Below are positions 55,557 through 64,000 of a DNA stretch of 64,000 nt, in pieces (position 1 is the first letter of the stretch; each line of letters opens with the position of its first letter). The DNA is taken from NCBI GenBank assembly GCA_045106895.1, contig JBGCFM010000160.1, positions 21,882-85,881 on the forward strand, written 5' to 3'. The stretch is from Polyangiales bacterium. GTDB lineage: Bacteria > Myxococcota_A > Polyangia > Polyangiales > Houyiibacteriaceae. The notes beneath the pieces are model-generated. The model did not search any database. It was not told the origin of the DNA and saw nothing but the letters and a program-made list of their open reading frames with translations. Both the position numbers and the translations under genes were made by a program.

Positions 55557-56702
55557 ATGAGTATCAAGCGAGTCGCAATCATGACGGGGGGCGGCGACTG
55601 CCCGGGCCTCAACGCCGTCATCCGAGCCATCGTCCGCGCCGGCAAGCGCAAGTACGACTGGGACATTCTCGGCGTCGAAGATGCCTTCAGTGGGCTCATC
55701 GACACCGAGTACAAGTTCCCGCGCGGCAACCGCTGGCTAGAGATGGACGACGTACGCGGCATCATCGAGACCGGGGGCACGATCCTCGGCACGTCCAATC
55801 GCTCGGACCCCTTCAACTATGTGGTGACCTCACCCGACGGCGTGGAGTCGTGCACAGACGTCTCCGACCAGGTGATGGCCAACTACAAGAAGCTTGAGCT
55901 CGACGCGCTCATCTCCATCGGCGGCGACGGCTCGATGGCCATCGCGCAGAAGTTCATCGACAAGGGCATGAAGGTCGTCGGTGTGCCCAAGACCATCGAC
56001 AACGACCTCGGCGGAACCGACCAGACCTTCGGCTTCGACACCTCGTTGAACGTCGCCACCGAAGCCATCGACCGAATTCGTGACACGGCGGAGAGCCACG
56101 ACCGCGTGATGCTCGTGGAGGTCATGGGTCGCGACGCCGGATGGATCGCGCTTCACGCAGGGCTCGCCGGTGGCGCCGACGCGATTCTGATTCCGGAAGT
56201 CCCCTACCAGCTCAAACCCATCGCTGACATGATTCGCTTCCGGCGTGCTCGTGGATCCAACTACAGCATCATCGTGGTGGCGGAAGGCGCCAGGCCCCTC
56301 GGCGGCACCTCAAGCGTCGTCGAGGAGAAGCTGGGCGCCATGCCTCGCTTGATGGGCGCCGCACATCGGGTTGCCCTGGGACTTGAAGACCTCGTCGATG
56401 CGGACATGCGCGTGACGGTGCTCGGGCATATTCAGCGAGGCGGCGCTCCGAGCGCTTTCGATCGTGTGCTGGGAACTCGTTTCGGCGAGTGCGCTGTGGA
56501 GCTGGTGATGGCGGGGCGCTTCGGCGAGATGTCCGCGCTTCGAGGAGGCGAGGTCAAGGGTGTGCCCATCGACGAGGCCATCGCCAAGCCTAAACGCGTG
56601 GACCCAAACGGGGAGCTTGTGCGCAGCGCCCGCGCCATAGGCGTTCGCTTCGGTGATGGCTCGACTCGTCGCTCGATCCAGGTCCCAGCGGCGGATCGTT
56701 AG
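55557..56702 (+). CDS. pfkA: 6-phosphofructokinase (group III type, GGDG + PKTIDND)
   Basis: TGGGDCPGLN, GGTILGT, GGDGS, PKTIDND, EVMGR, LGHIQRGG. Confidence 0.95.
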   Translation: MSIKRVAIMTGGGDCPGLNAVIRAIVRAGKRKYDWDILGVEDAFSGLIDTEYKFPRGNRWLEMDDVRGIIETGGTILGTSNRSDPFNYVVTSPDGVESCTDVSDQVMANYKKLELDALISIGGDGSMAIAQKFIDKGMKVVGVPKTIDNDLGGTDQTFGFDTSLNVATEAIDRIRDTAESHDRVMLVEVMGRDAGWIALHAGLAGGADAILIPEVPYQLKPIADMIRFRRARGSNYSIIVVAEGARPLGGTSSVVEEKLGAMPRLMGAAHRVALGLEDLVDADMRVTVLGHIQRGGAPSAFDRVLGTRFGECAVELVMAGRFGEMSALRGGEVKGVPIDEAIAKPKRVDPNGELVRSARAIGVRFGDGSTRRSIQVPAADR

Positions 56703-56774
56703 GCGACCAGCGTTTCTTTTTGGGACTCAGCGCAAGCTACCCCGCCTCCGCACACTTGAGGTATTCTTGGCACC

Positions 56775-57554
56775 ATGAAGATCGAAGCGGGCGGCAAGAC
56801 GGATGTGGGTAAAGTCCGGTCATCGAACGAAGATGCGTTGTTGATCGACATCGAACTCGGACTCTTCGCGGTGGCGGATGGAATGGGCGGTCACAACGCT
56901 GGTGAGGTCGCCTCCAGTTTGGCCCTCGACACCCTTCGCGCGGAGGTGAAGAAGGCGAGCGCAGAGACGCCGATGACGAAGTGCCTTGCAGACGCCATCG
57001 TGGCTGCCTCTCATGCCGTAGCCGCCGAAGCGAAGGCGGACTCGGGCAAAGCCAAGATGGGCACGACGCTCACCGCGCTCCTCGTCCGTGATGGACGAGC
57101 TGCGGTGGGGCACGTAGGCGACTCGCGCCTTTACCAAGTTCGCTGGGGCAATATTGAAAAGCTCACGGAAGACCACACGGCGGTCGGGGAACTGGTCCGA
57201 GCGGGCGCCGTGTCCGAGGAGGACGCGAAGGGACATCCATGGACGCACGTGCTTTCACGTGTCGTCGGCAAAGGGGACGTCGAGGTGCAGAGCGCGGAGA
57301 TTGAGCTCGAAGCTGGGGACCGTTTTCTGATCTGCTCGGATGGGTTTAGCGACTCGCTGACGGACTCTTCGTGGATCACAGATATCATCGAGAAGTCCGC
57401 GAACGAATCTGCTGCGGACCTGGTGTCTCGCGCGATCGAACTCGACGGGAACGACAACGCGACGGCGGTGGTCGTCGTGGTTGGAGCGGAAGAAGCGCGG
57501 GGCGAACGTCGCTCTCTGTGGGAGCGCTTTCGTGGCGCACTGACGGACAGCTAG
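56775..57554 (+). CDS. PP2C-family Ser/Thr phosphatase (Stp1/PrpC-like)
   Basis: R..NED, VADGMGGH, MGTT, HVGDSR, ICSDG, DNAT. Confidence 0.93.
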   Translation: MKIEAGGKTDVGKVRSSNEDALLIDIELGLFAVADGMGGHNAGEVASSLALDTLRAEVKKASAETPMTKCLADAIVAASHAVAAEAKADSGKAKMGTTLTALLVRDGRAAVGHVGDSRLYQVRWGNIEKLTEDHTAVGELVRAGAVSEEDAKGHPWTHVLSRVVGKGDVEVQSAEIELEAGDRFLICSDGFSDSLTDSSWITDIIEKSANESAADLVSRAIELDGNDNATAVVVVVGAEEARGERRSLWERFRGALTDS

Positions 57555-57578
57555 CCTCGCTGTTGATTTACGCCGTTC

Positions 57579-58382
57579 CTAGGCGCGTCCGCCATCGAGG
57601 ATCATGCGCGAACCGGGGACCGCGATCTTGTTGGCGTCGAACTCGCGACGGATCGCGATCTGTAGGGAGCTACGCACCTCGAGGTAGATTTCGCGGCGCG
57701 CCCATACCGAAAACTTGATGAGTACTCCGTCGGCCTCAAAGTCCTGCGCGACGAAGACGGGTTTGGGCTCCTCCAAAATACGCGGCTCATCGCCGGCGAG
57801 CGTCTCCAGGAGCTGACGAACGCCTTCAAGGTTTTGGCCATACCCAACGCGCAAGAGAAGATCGATTCGGCGCAGATCGAAGCGGCTGAGGTTGGTCAGC
57901 TCCGACTTGATGAGCATCTCGTTCGGCAGGCGAACGAAGAGGTTGTCGAAGGTACGGAGCTTGACGGAGAGCATGTCGATGGCGAGGACTTCGCCGGTCG
58001 TGGTGCCAACACGAATTACGTCCCCGACACCAAAAGCCCGCTCTCCGATGAGGAAGAGGCCGCTGATGAGGTTGGACGCGGAGGTCTGGGACGCGAAGCC
58101 AAACGCCACCGTCAGGACTCCTGCGGCGCCAAGAAGGACGCTCAGATCGAAGCCGAGTTCACGGAGAGCGCCGAGCACACCGAGTCCAGCGATGGTGTAG
58201 AAGACGCCGCGCCGAATGAGCATCCCGCGTTGAGGCTCGTCGCGTCCAAGCCAGCGTCCAAGAGCGGCTGCGAGAATACGCCCCAAGATTAACGTCGCCA
58301 GGAGGACAAGACCGGCGCGGACGAATGTCGCCCAATGCCAGTCGGAGGTCCAAGACTGAAGTGTGGTCCAGAGTTCGTTCAT
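57579..58382 (-). CDS. Small-conductance mechanosensitive channel (MscS family)
   Basis: 3 TM, GFASQ..SNLISG, F.VGD.I, G.V..I, PN. Confidence 0.92.
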   Translation of the reverse strand: MNELWTTLQSWTSDWHWATFVRAGLVLLATLILGRILAAALGRWLGRDEPQRGMLIRRGVFYTIAGLGVLGALRELGFDLSVLLGAAGVLTVAFGFASQTSASNLISGLFLIGERAFGVGDVIRVGTTTGEVLAIDMLSVKLRTFDNLFVRLPNEMLIKSELTNLSRFDLRRIDLLLRVGYGQNLEGVRQLLETLAGDEPRILEEPKPVFVAQDFEADGVLIKFSVWARREIYLEVRSSLQIAIRREFDANKIAVPGSRMILDGGRA

Positions 58383-58402
58383 GGGTTCGTCGCGTCCAAG
58401 AG

Positions 58403-59140
58403 TCACAGCCAGAGCGCGGCCAGCGCATTCTTCCAAGCGGGCGCGCTCTTCTGCCGGGGTGCGACGAGCTTCTCGGCGCTGTCCGGAAGCGCCTCGATCC
58501 GAAGCTCCGCGGCGCTTGCGTCTTCGCGGATCAAGCGCACGGTCTCCGTGACGAGAGACGCCGCGGCAGAATCCCAGGCGAGGGTGAGGCGCGGCACCGG
58601 GAGGCGGATGGTTCGGGCTTCGAGGGTCTCGCCGCTCTGGTTCTCCAGTCGGACCTCCGTCGCGGCGCGTGTGGGTCCTACGGTGAGCTCTTGTCGCTGG
58701 CGCGTACCGCTCGTGCGCGATGCGTAGCAAAGCTCACCATCGACGGGAGAGCGACCAAACCAGGTCTCCGGCGGGTCCCAAATCGAAAGCTCGTCGAGGA
58801 GCACGGCGCCGGCGAAAAGCGCTGCGTTCAGCGGTGTAGTGACGTAGATGCTCGCGTGTTGGCCGGGCGGAAGGAATACAGGGACGCGTGGTCGAACCAC
58901 CACAGATCGCGCAGCGAGCCGTGGCTGGAAGCTCAAGGTCTCAGCGCGCTCCGACATCACAAAGCGACGCACGTCGGCGTCGTGTGGCGGAGTTCCTGGG
59001 CCAAACTCGACCTCTTCGCTGGCGGTGTCTCGCTTGGAGCAGACCACGATTTCGCCGGGCTCGCGCTTCGTCCATACGTTTAGTTCGCCCAAGCGGGCGT
59101 GTATGCACTCGTCATCGAGAGGTCGGGGGTCCCACCACAT
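58403..59140 (-). CDS. DUF432-like protein
   Basis: VVVRP..PVFLPPG..YVTTPL..ETWFG..DGELCYAS. Directly upstream of mscS. Confidence 0.6.
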   Translation of the reverse strand: MWWDPRPLDDECIHARLGELNVWTKREPGEIVVCSKRDTASEEVEFGPGTPPHDADVRRFVMSERAETLSFQPRLAARSVVVRPRVPVFLPPGQHASIYVTTPLNAALFAGAVLLDELSIWDPPETWFGRSPVDGELCYASRTSGTRQRQELTVGPTRAATEVRLENQSGETLEARTIRLPVPRLTLAWDSAAASLVTETVRLIREDASAAELRIEALPDSAEKLVAPRQKSAPAWKNALAALWL

Positions 59141-59196
59141 GCCGGGAGCGTCGCAGAGTCTGTGCGTGAGCCACAGATTTTGGCGAGTCGCGAGCG

Positions 59197-59850
59197 TTAG
59201 CGGTCTGTGTTCACCACGGTACAACGTGCGGCGGCGCCGTCACCTAAGCAGCGGGCGACCAAGTTGTCGGGATACACGGGCGCGCACTCTGGGCAAGCGA
59301 TACCGGGTTCGCACACGAAGGGCTCGTAGCCACCGCGGATCTCCAGGTTGATGGCCACCACCGTCTCCTCCGTGATGGTGGCGCCGCATTCGCAGCACGA
59401 CGCCGCGCGAATCACGCAGTCGGTGTCGTCCTCGCACGCGCTCAGACCTGGAGCGGGGCCCGCTGGAGGATTGAGGTCAAAGACGGTGCAGGAGGACATC
59501 GAGCAATCCGGCAAGAGCGTGGGGTCCGGCTGACCTTCGCAATCGGGGCAAGGCACGGGATCCGCACAGGCCATCGCGCGCTGGGCGTCGACGCCGGAGC
59601 GCGGTACCGAGTCGATGTCGGTTCGGGACGGTTGACCGCAACTGCCGCAGCAAGACTCGGGAAGCAGGACACAGTCCGTCGGTGTCACGCATTCGCCCAC
59701 GGGCGCGTCCACGTCGGGCTGCACAACGTCAGCCGTCGCGGTGTCCGTCGACGCCGTGTCCGTGAGCGGGGCGTCGCTCACGGATGCATCGTCGATGGAC
59801 GTCGATGAGGAGCAAGCCGCGAGGAAGAAGAGAGCTGTACAGAAACGCAT
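59197..59850 (-). CDS. Cys-rich lipoprotein with two repeated C..D.DC..CC.C modules
   Basis: FLAAC lipobox. CVTPTDCV..SCCGSC..CPDC and CEDDTDCV..SCCEC..CPEC. Confidence 0.72.
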   Translation of the reverse strand: MRFCTALFFLAACSSSTSIDDASVSDAPLTDTASTDTATADVVQPDVDAPVGECVTPTDCVLLPESCCGSCGQPSRTDIDSVPRSGVDAQRAMACADPVPCPDCEGQPDPTLLPDCSMSSCTVFDLNPPAGPAPGLSACEDDTDCVIRAASCCECGATITEETVVAINLEIRGGYEPFVCEPGIACPECAPVYPDNLVARCLGDGAAARCTVVNTDR

Positions 59851-59902
59851 CCCGTACATCGTACCCGGAGCGTGGGTGCGCTGCACTTGCTAGAGCTCGG
59901 TT

Positions 59903-61567
59903 CTAAGCGTTGTCTGTGTTCGGACCAGGAATGTCGCTGGCTTTGGCGATGCGGTCCTGCATCGACACCATCGACCCGCCACTTGGGGCGCCCTTTTGGT
60001 GGTGATCGAGGCCCTTCACCACGACGTCGATGTCGCGTGATTTCGCGCCTGTTTCGAAGTCGTCGATGATCTCGACGACGTCGCTGTGCACGAAGGTCGA
60101 TGCGGTGGCGTCGATGTTCACCATGGACCCATCGGGGATGGCGTTGAGCACTTGGCGAATGCTCGCCTTGTTCAGGAAGGTTACCTGCTGCGCCAACACG
60201 ATGCGTACGTCTTCCGGGTCGTCGGGCGGATGCTCGACATCAAAGGGCATCTTGTAGTTGTCGAAGAGCAGGCTGATGATGGCGATAGCCAGGCCGATGC
60301 CGATGCCGATCAGCAGGTCTGTGAAGACGATGCCGACGACCGTCGCAACAAAGGGGATGAACTGCGCGCGGCCCTCTTTGGCCATCTTGATGAAGAGGGA
60401 GGGCTTGGCGAGCTTGTAGCCAACCACCAAGAGGACAGCTGCGAGCGTCGCGAGGGGGATGAGGTTGAGGACGCTTGGCAAGATGATGACGCCGATGAGA
60501 ATCAGCAGGCCATGAAGCATCGCAGAGGTCTTGGTTCTGGCGCCGGCCTGAACGTTGGCGGAGCTTCGTACGATGACCTGTGTGACAGGAAGACCGCCGA
60601 TGAGTCCCGATAGAACGTTGCCGATGCCCTGAGCTTTGAGCTCGCGGTTGGTCGGCGTGACGCGTTTGAGCGGGTCGAGTTTGTCGGCGGCTTCAACGCA
60701 AAGGAGCGTCTCTAGGCTGCCTACGATGGCCAGCACAGCCGCGGTCTTGTACACGGTGGGGTCCGTGAGACCTTCGATGTTCGGGAAGGTTAGGAACTCG
60801 GTCATTCCAGCGAAGGAGTCGGCGATGGGGATGCTCACCAAGTGTTCGCCGATGACCTGCAGGTCGCTGCCCTGGAACGAGAGCTGAAGTGCGACGCCTG
60901 TGATCACGGCGAGGAGTGGTCCCGGCATCATCGAGAGGATCTTGTTCTTCGTGATGAACTTCGACTGCCAACCGACGAGGATGACCAACGAGACGGCGGC
61001 GATGATGGTGGGTCCGAGGCTGATCGACTCGAGGGCGTGTTGGACCAAGGAGACGGAGGTTTCTCCGCCGGGGCCGTCGAAGCTGAGGTTCCCTTCAGGC
61101 TCCGCGTCATAGCCGAAGGCGTGGGGGACCTGCTTGATAAAGATGATCAGCCCAATGCCCGCGAGCATTCCTTTGATGACCGAAGACGGGAAGTAGTAGG
61201 CGATGATGCCTGCGCGCATGTAGCCGAGGCCAACCTGCAGAATCCCGGCGAGAACCAGAGCGACCAAGAAGATCTCAAAGCCGTAGGGAACGCCGTCGGC
61301 GACGTAGCGGATGTTGAAATCGTTGATGGCCGTCAACACGATAACGGCGAGGCCAGCGGCGGGGCCGGAGACGCCGAGGGGGCTGCCGCTGAGGGCGCCA
61401 ACGACGAGTCCACCGATGATGCCGGCGATGAGGCCCGAGATGAGCGGTGCACCCGACGCCAGAGCGATGCCGAGGCACAGAGGTACGGCGACAAGAAAGA
61501 CCACCAAGGAGGCGGGGGCGTCATTGCGCAGGTTCTTGATGGGGTTTTCGTGTTTAACGGGGTGCAT
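59903..61567 (-). CDS. SulP-family anion (probably bicarbonate) transporter with STAS-like tail
   Basis: VVFLVAVPLCLGIALASG, VSGPAAGL, SLETLL, NREL.AQG.GN, VIVRSSAN. Confidence 0.93.
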   Translation of the reverse strand: MHPVKHENPIKNLRNDAPASLVVFLVAVPLCLGIALASGAPLISGLIAGIIGGLVVGALSGSPLGVSGPAAGLAVIVLTAINDFNIRYVADGVPYGFEIFLVALVLAGILQVGLGYMRAGIIAYYFPSSVIKGMLAGIGLIIFIKQVPHAFGYDAEPEGNLSFDGPGGETSVSLVQHALESISLGPTIIAAVSLVILVGWQSKFITKNKILSMMPGPLLAVITGVALQLSFQGSDLQVIGEHLVSIPIADSFAGMTEFLTFPNIEGLTDPTVYKTAAVLAIVGSLETLLCVEAADKLDPLKRVTPTNRELKAQGIGNVLSGLIGGLPVTQVIVRSSANVQAGARTKTSAMLHGLLILIGVIILPSVLNLIPLATLAAVLLVVGYKLAKPSLFIKMAKEGRAQFIPFVATVVGIVFTDLLIGIGIGLAIAIISLLFDNYKMPFDVEHPPDDPEDVRIVLAQQVTFLNKASIRQVLNAIPDGSMVNIDATASTFVHSDVVEIIDDFETGAKSRDIDVVVKGLDHHQKGAPSGGSMVSMQDRIAKASDIPGPNTDNA

Positions 61568-61638
61568 AGGCGCCAGGCTCAAGGCGCAAGAGTACGCCTG
61601 ACCCCTCTCGTAGCAGAGACTCAAAAATATGTCACTAA

Positions 61639-61662
61639 AAACACGATATTTATGTCGTGTTT
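61639..61662. promoter_or_regulatory. AT-rich inverted repeat (terminator of upstream ORF or SulP operator)
   Basis: AAACACGA-N8-TCGTGTTT. On the minus strand it is followed by a T run. Confidence 0.4.
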
Positions 61663-62494
61663 ACGCGCGTCCCTGGGATTCCCAGAGCACCAAACGTCGC
61701 GAGAGGCACTCGTAGACGCTCTCCAAGAGTCTCAGAGAACCGTCCGCGTCGTAGGTCGCTTCAAGCTGCTCCGTGGCCCAGCCACGGCCGCTCGAGTAGG
61801 TCTCGCCGTCGATGCGGACAAGGCATGCTCCCTCATAGGTGTACCGCTCCTCGCCGACGCCGTGCTTGGCGAAGAAGCGCCGCTTCACCACTTTGCCGGC
61901 TCGCACTTCGTACCGCTGAATGTGAACGAGCTGACCGTTCGCGTCGTAGTGCAGATGGCGAATATCTTCTTCGCCATGGTCGATGAACGCTTCGTAGCGA
62001 GGGGTCCGGACCAGGCGAAGCTTGTCGAGGGCGTCGAAGGCGTACTCGAACTTGGCGGTCTTCGCGTGCGCTTTGACGCGCCGTCCGCGCTTCAGCGAGT
62101 GACGCTCGAAGTAGAAGGGCTGCAGCTCAAAACACGCGCGCGTGGCCCACTCGCCGCGGGTGACTTCGTCGTTGATTCTTGTCTGATGCTCCACGTACAT
62201 GTTCGCCGCATCGGCGAAGTCTGCGTCGAGTCCCACGTTCATCTTCGTATCGCGGTGTCGGAGAAGCGCGTTCAGCGCGGCGAGGGCCGAATGGTAAACC
62301 GGCTCGGCCGTTCGCTCCTCCGCCTTGATGCCGTCGATGAGGAGCAGGCGAGCGCACCAAACGTCGCGGGGAGATGAGCCCGAATCTAGCCGCGTTTGCG
62401 CGAGCGCAAAGGGCGCCGGACCTGCGCTCGACAAGCCCCCTCCAAGAGCGTCCTGCGCTGCGTCGACGAGCCGCGAGTAGGGATGGCCGTTCAC
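61661..62494 (-). CDS. Hypothetical protein with YD-like beta-hairpin repeats
   Basis: FEYAFDALDKL, LHYDANGQL, RYTYEGACL, TYDADGSL. Confidence 0.55.
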   Translation of the reverse strand: MNGHPYSRLVDAAQDALGGGLSSAGPAPFALAQTRLDSGSSPRDVWCARLLLIDGIKAEERTAEPVYHSALAALNALLRHRDTKMNVGLDADFADAANMYVEHQTRINDEVTRGEWATRACFELQPFYFERHSLKRGRRVKAHAKTAKFEYAFDALDKLRLVRTPRYEAFIDHGEEDIRHLHYDANGQLVHIQRYEVRAGKVVKRRFFAKHGVGEERYTYEGACLVRIDGETYSSGRGWATEQLEATYDADGSLRLLESVYECLSRRLVLWESQGRA

Positions 62495-62588
62495 GTGGAG
62501 CGGATGCTAGTGCGTGATTCAGAGATCTTGAAGGGGCTCTCTCGTCCGATTCGTCCAGCCCGGCGTTGTTCGTCGTCGAAATATCCAG

Positions 62589-63008
62589 CTAGTCCACCAC
62601 GATGGTGAAGTTGCGACCCTCGAGGGATTCGAGTCCGACGAGGTCGCGACCGCGGGGGATATCGGCTTGAAGGACGCCAAGGCGTTCGGCGTCGCACTCC
62701 GCGTCATCTTCGCGTTCGATGCGATGGATCACGCTGACGGTCCAGAGGCCGGGATCCGTCCGCAGGATTCGCTCCGCGCCACACACGCGGTATCGGTGCT
62801 CGCCGCAGCCGGTGGCGTGCGCAAAGTGGATGCTGAGCCTGCGGTCGTGGAGTTCTACCCCTTCGATGGTGATGTCGTCGCTGCGCTGCCCATCACAGCC
62901 TCGTTCGAAGGAGACCACGGTGGGTTCGCTCTCTTGGTCGGTGGTGCCAACTGTGTAGCCCCCGCATGCGCTGAGTAGGAGAATGCCCAGGACCCAAGAT
63001 TGCCTCAT
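62589..63008 (-). CDS. Hypothetical lipoprotein
   Basis: LLLSAC lipobox. GCGEHRY..HR..D.C motif. Confidence 0.65.
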   Translation of the reverse strand: MRQSWVLGILLLSACGGYTVGTTDQESEPTVVSFERGCDGQRSDDITIEGVELHDRRLSIHFAHATGCGEHRYRVCGAERILRTDPGLWTVSVIHRIEREDDAECDAERLGVLQADIPRGRDLVGLESLEGRNFTIVVD

Positions 63009-63123
63009 CGTCGAAGCATATGAGTACGGGCGAAGACCGCAAGCACCTCTCTTTGCCGGACTCGGTGGGCGGGGAATGACGCGCTGACGTTTGCACGTTC
63101 GCGGAGCACTCAAGGAGACGTCC

Positions 63124-64000
63124 ATGCTGCCCTCACGATCCAAAACGGCACCCGCCGGGTCACCCTCTCGAATGCGACCTCGCCGGCATTGGTCCCTGGC
63201 CGACGTCGACTGGGCGGCGTTTCGAGCGGATCTCGTGGACGCCCGGACGCTCTGGATCGTCCACGCGACGTGCCTCGTTGAGTCGCGGGCCGACCTCTAC
63301 GCGGCCTATACGGGGGAGGTCGTCAGAGGGGCCAGTCAGCCAGGTGCCGAAGACTTGATTCACGAGTGGGGCGAAGAGGAAGCGCAGCATGGGCACGCGC
63401 TTCAAGCGTGGCTGGCCCTCGCCGATCCGGAGACGTCTTTTGCTGAGCGTGATGAAGACTATCGAAGCAACGTCGCTTATTACGTGGCGGACGGAACACC
63501 CGTTCGTGGTTCGGTGCAAAACGAGCTCTTCTGTCGCTGCATCGTCGAAGCCCTGGCGAGCGCGTATTACCGGGCTATCCATGATTCGACGGAGGAGCCC
63601 GTGTTGCGTGAGCTCTGCGTGAAGCTCGCCCGCGATGAAGCCCGGCACTTCTCGATGTTTCGACGCCTGCTCATGGCCGAAAGAGAGAAGGGCGCGAACT
63701 CGCTCTGGCGAAACACCTGGCTCACTCTCCGCCGAGTGAAGGAACTGGAGAACGACCAGGTCGCGTACGCGTTTCACTGCAGCGGCCCCGAAGGCGAGAG
63801 CTCTTGCTATGGCCAGAAGGACGCCGCGCGACGCTTTCTGCCCAACTTGTATGACCTGTATGAGCCTGAGCATCTTGAGTACGCCGGGCGACTTGTCGCG
63901 AAGGCTTTCGATATCCGGCTGCCGTCACAGGCGTTTCGCGCTCTAGCGTTAGCCGCCACGGCCTACGTTCGAGGTCGCGCGACCTACATGCGGCGCGCTC
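63124..64000 (+). CDS. Ferritin-like diiron protein (acyl-ACP desaturase-like), 3'-truncated by window edge
   Basis: Translated by hand (absent from the ORF track). SD AAGGAG 63112. HWSLADVDW, LVE, WGEEEAQHG, RCIVE, EPVL..DEARHF. Confidence 0.85.
   Translation, partial: MLPSRSKTAPAGSPSRMRPRRHWSLADVDWAAFRADLVDARTLWIVHATCLVESRADLYAAYTGEVVRGASQPGAEDLIHEWGEEEAQHGHALQAWLALADPETSFAERDEDYRSNVAYYVADGTPVRGSVQNELFCRCIVEALASAYYRAIHDSTEEPVLRELCVKLARDEARHFSMFRRLLMAEREKGANSLWRNTWLTLRRVKELENDQVAYAFHCSGPEGESSCYGQKDAARRFLPNLYDLYEPEHLEYAGRLVAKAFDIRLPSQAFRALALAATAYVRGRATYMRRA

Noticed and set aside
60842..62377. 511-aa plus-strand ORF
   Set aside because: Spans the antisense of SulP and the next gene; typical high-GC stop-poor frame.
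62488..62502. parS-like CGTTCACGTGGAGCG (and CTCGACGTGGAACA near 33711)
   Set aside because: Neither matches the 16-bp parS palindrome; isolated and overlapping coding sequence.
1..64000. tRNA, rRNA, riboswitch, Y RNA or IS elements
   Set aside because: None recognisable by eye and intergenic spaces are mostly under 200 bp; a covariance-model (Infernal/Rfam) scan would be needed to exclude small RNAs.

Overview
GC-rich, densely coding 64 kb chromosomal segment. Gene content (DAG/DSG-linker lipoproteins, a MYXO-CTERM-like tail, a DUF1592/DUF1552 pair, triple DsbA, J-domain/TPR protein, Hanks kinase) suggests Myxococcota, probably Polyangia/Sandaracinaceae-like (inference). About 65 CDSs. Housekeeping genes: PBP1A, trmH, rsmG, jag-yidC-rnpA-rpmH, radC, cysS, hisD, pfkA. 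These are interspersed with accessory genes. I saw no rRNA, tRNA, CRISPR array, transposase or integrase. Most notable: (1) a stand-alone, tail-less FtsZ paralogue whose T7-loop catalytic Asp is replaced by His, head-to-head with a Ser/Thr kinase-lipoprotein-rsmG-repeat protein-receiver run inside a remodelled rpmH-jag-rsmG cluster; (2) a TerB-like domain fused to a WcaJ-type phosphoglycosyltransferase; (3) an NsrR-like regulator plus a group III truncated haemoglobin-DUF1971 fusion with a visible operator; (4) a translationally coupled PBP1A/FG-GAP/solute-binding protein/NtrY-like kinase operon; (5) a VWA (Ro60/TROVE-like) + ARPP-2-like pair; (6) a stand-alone RapZ-C Cx5R protein next to a DUF6000-like gene; (7) a recurrent TANNNT-N6/7-start architecture suggesting many leaderless mRNAs. 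Family assignments come from motif recognition by eye, not from database searches.
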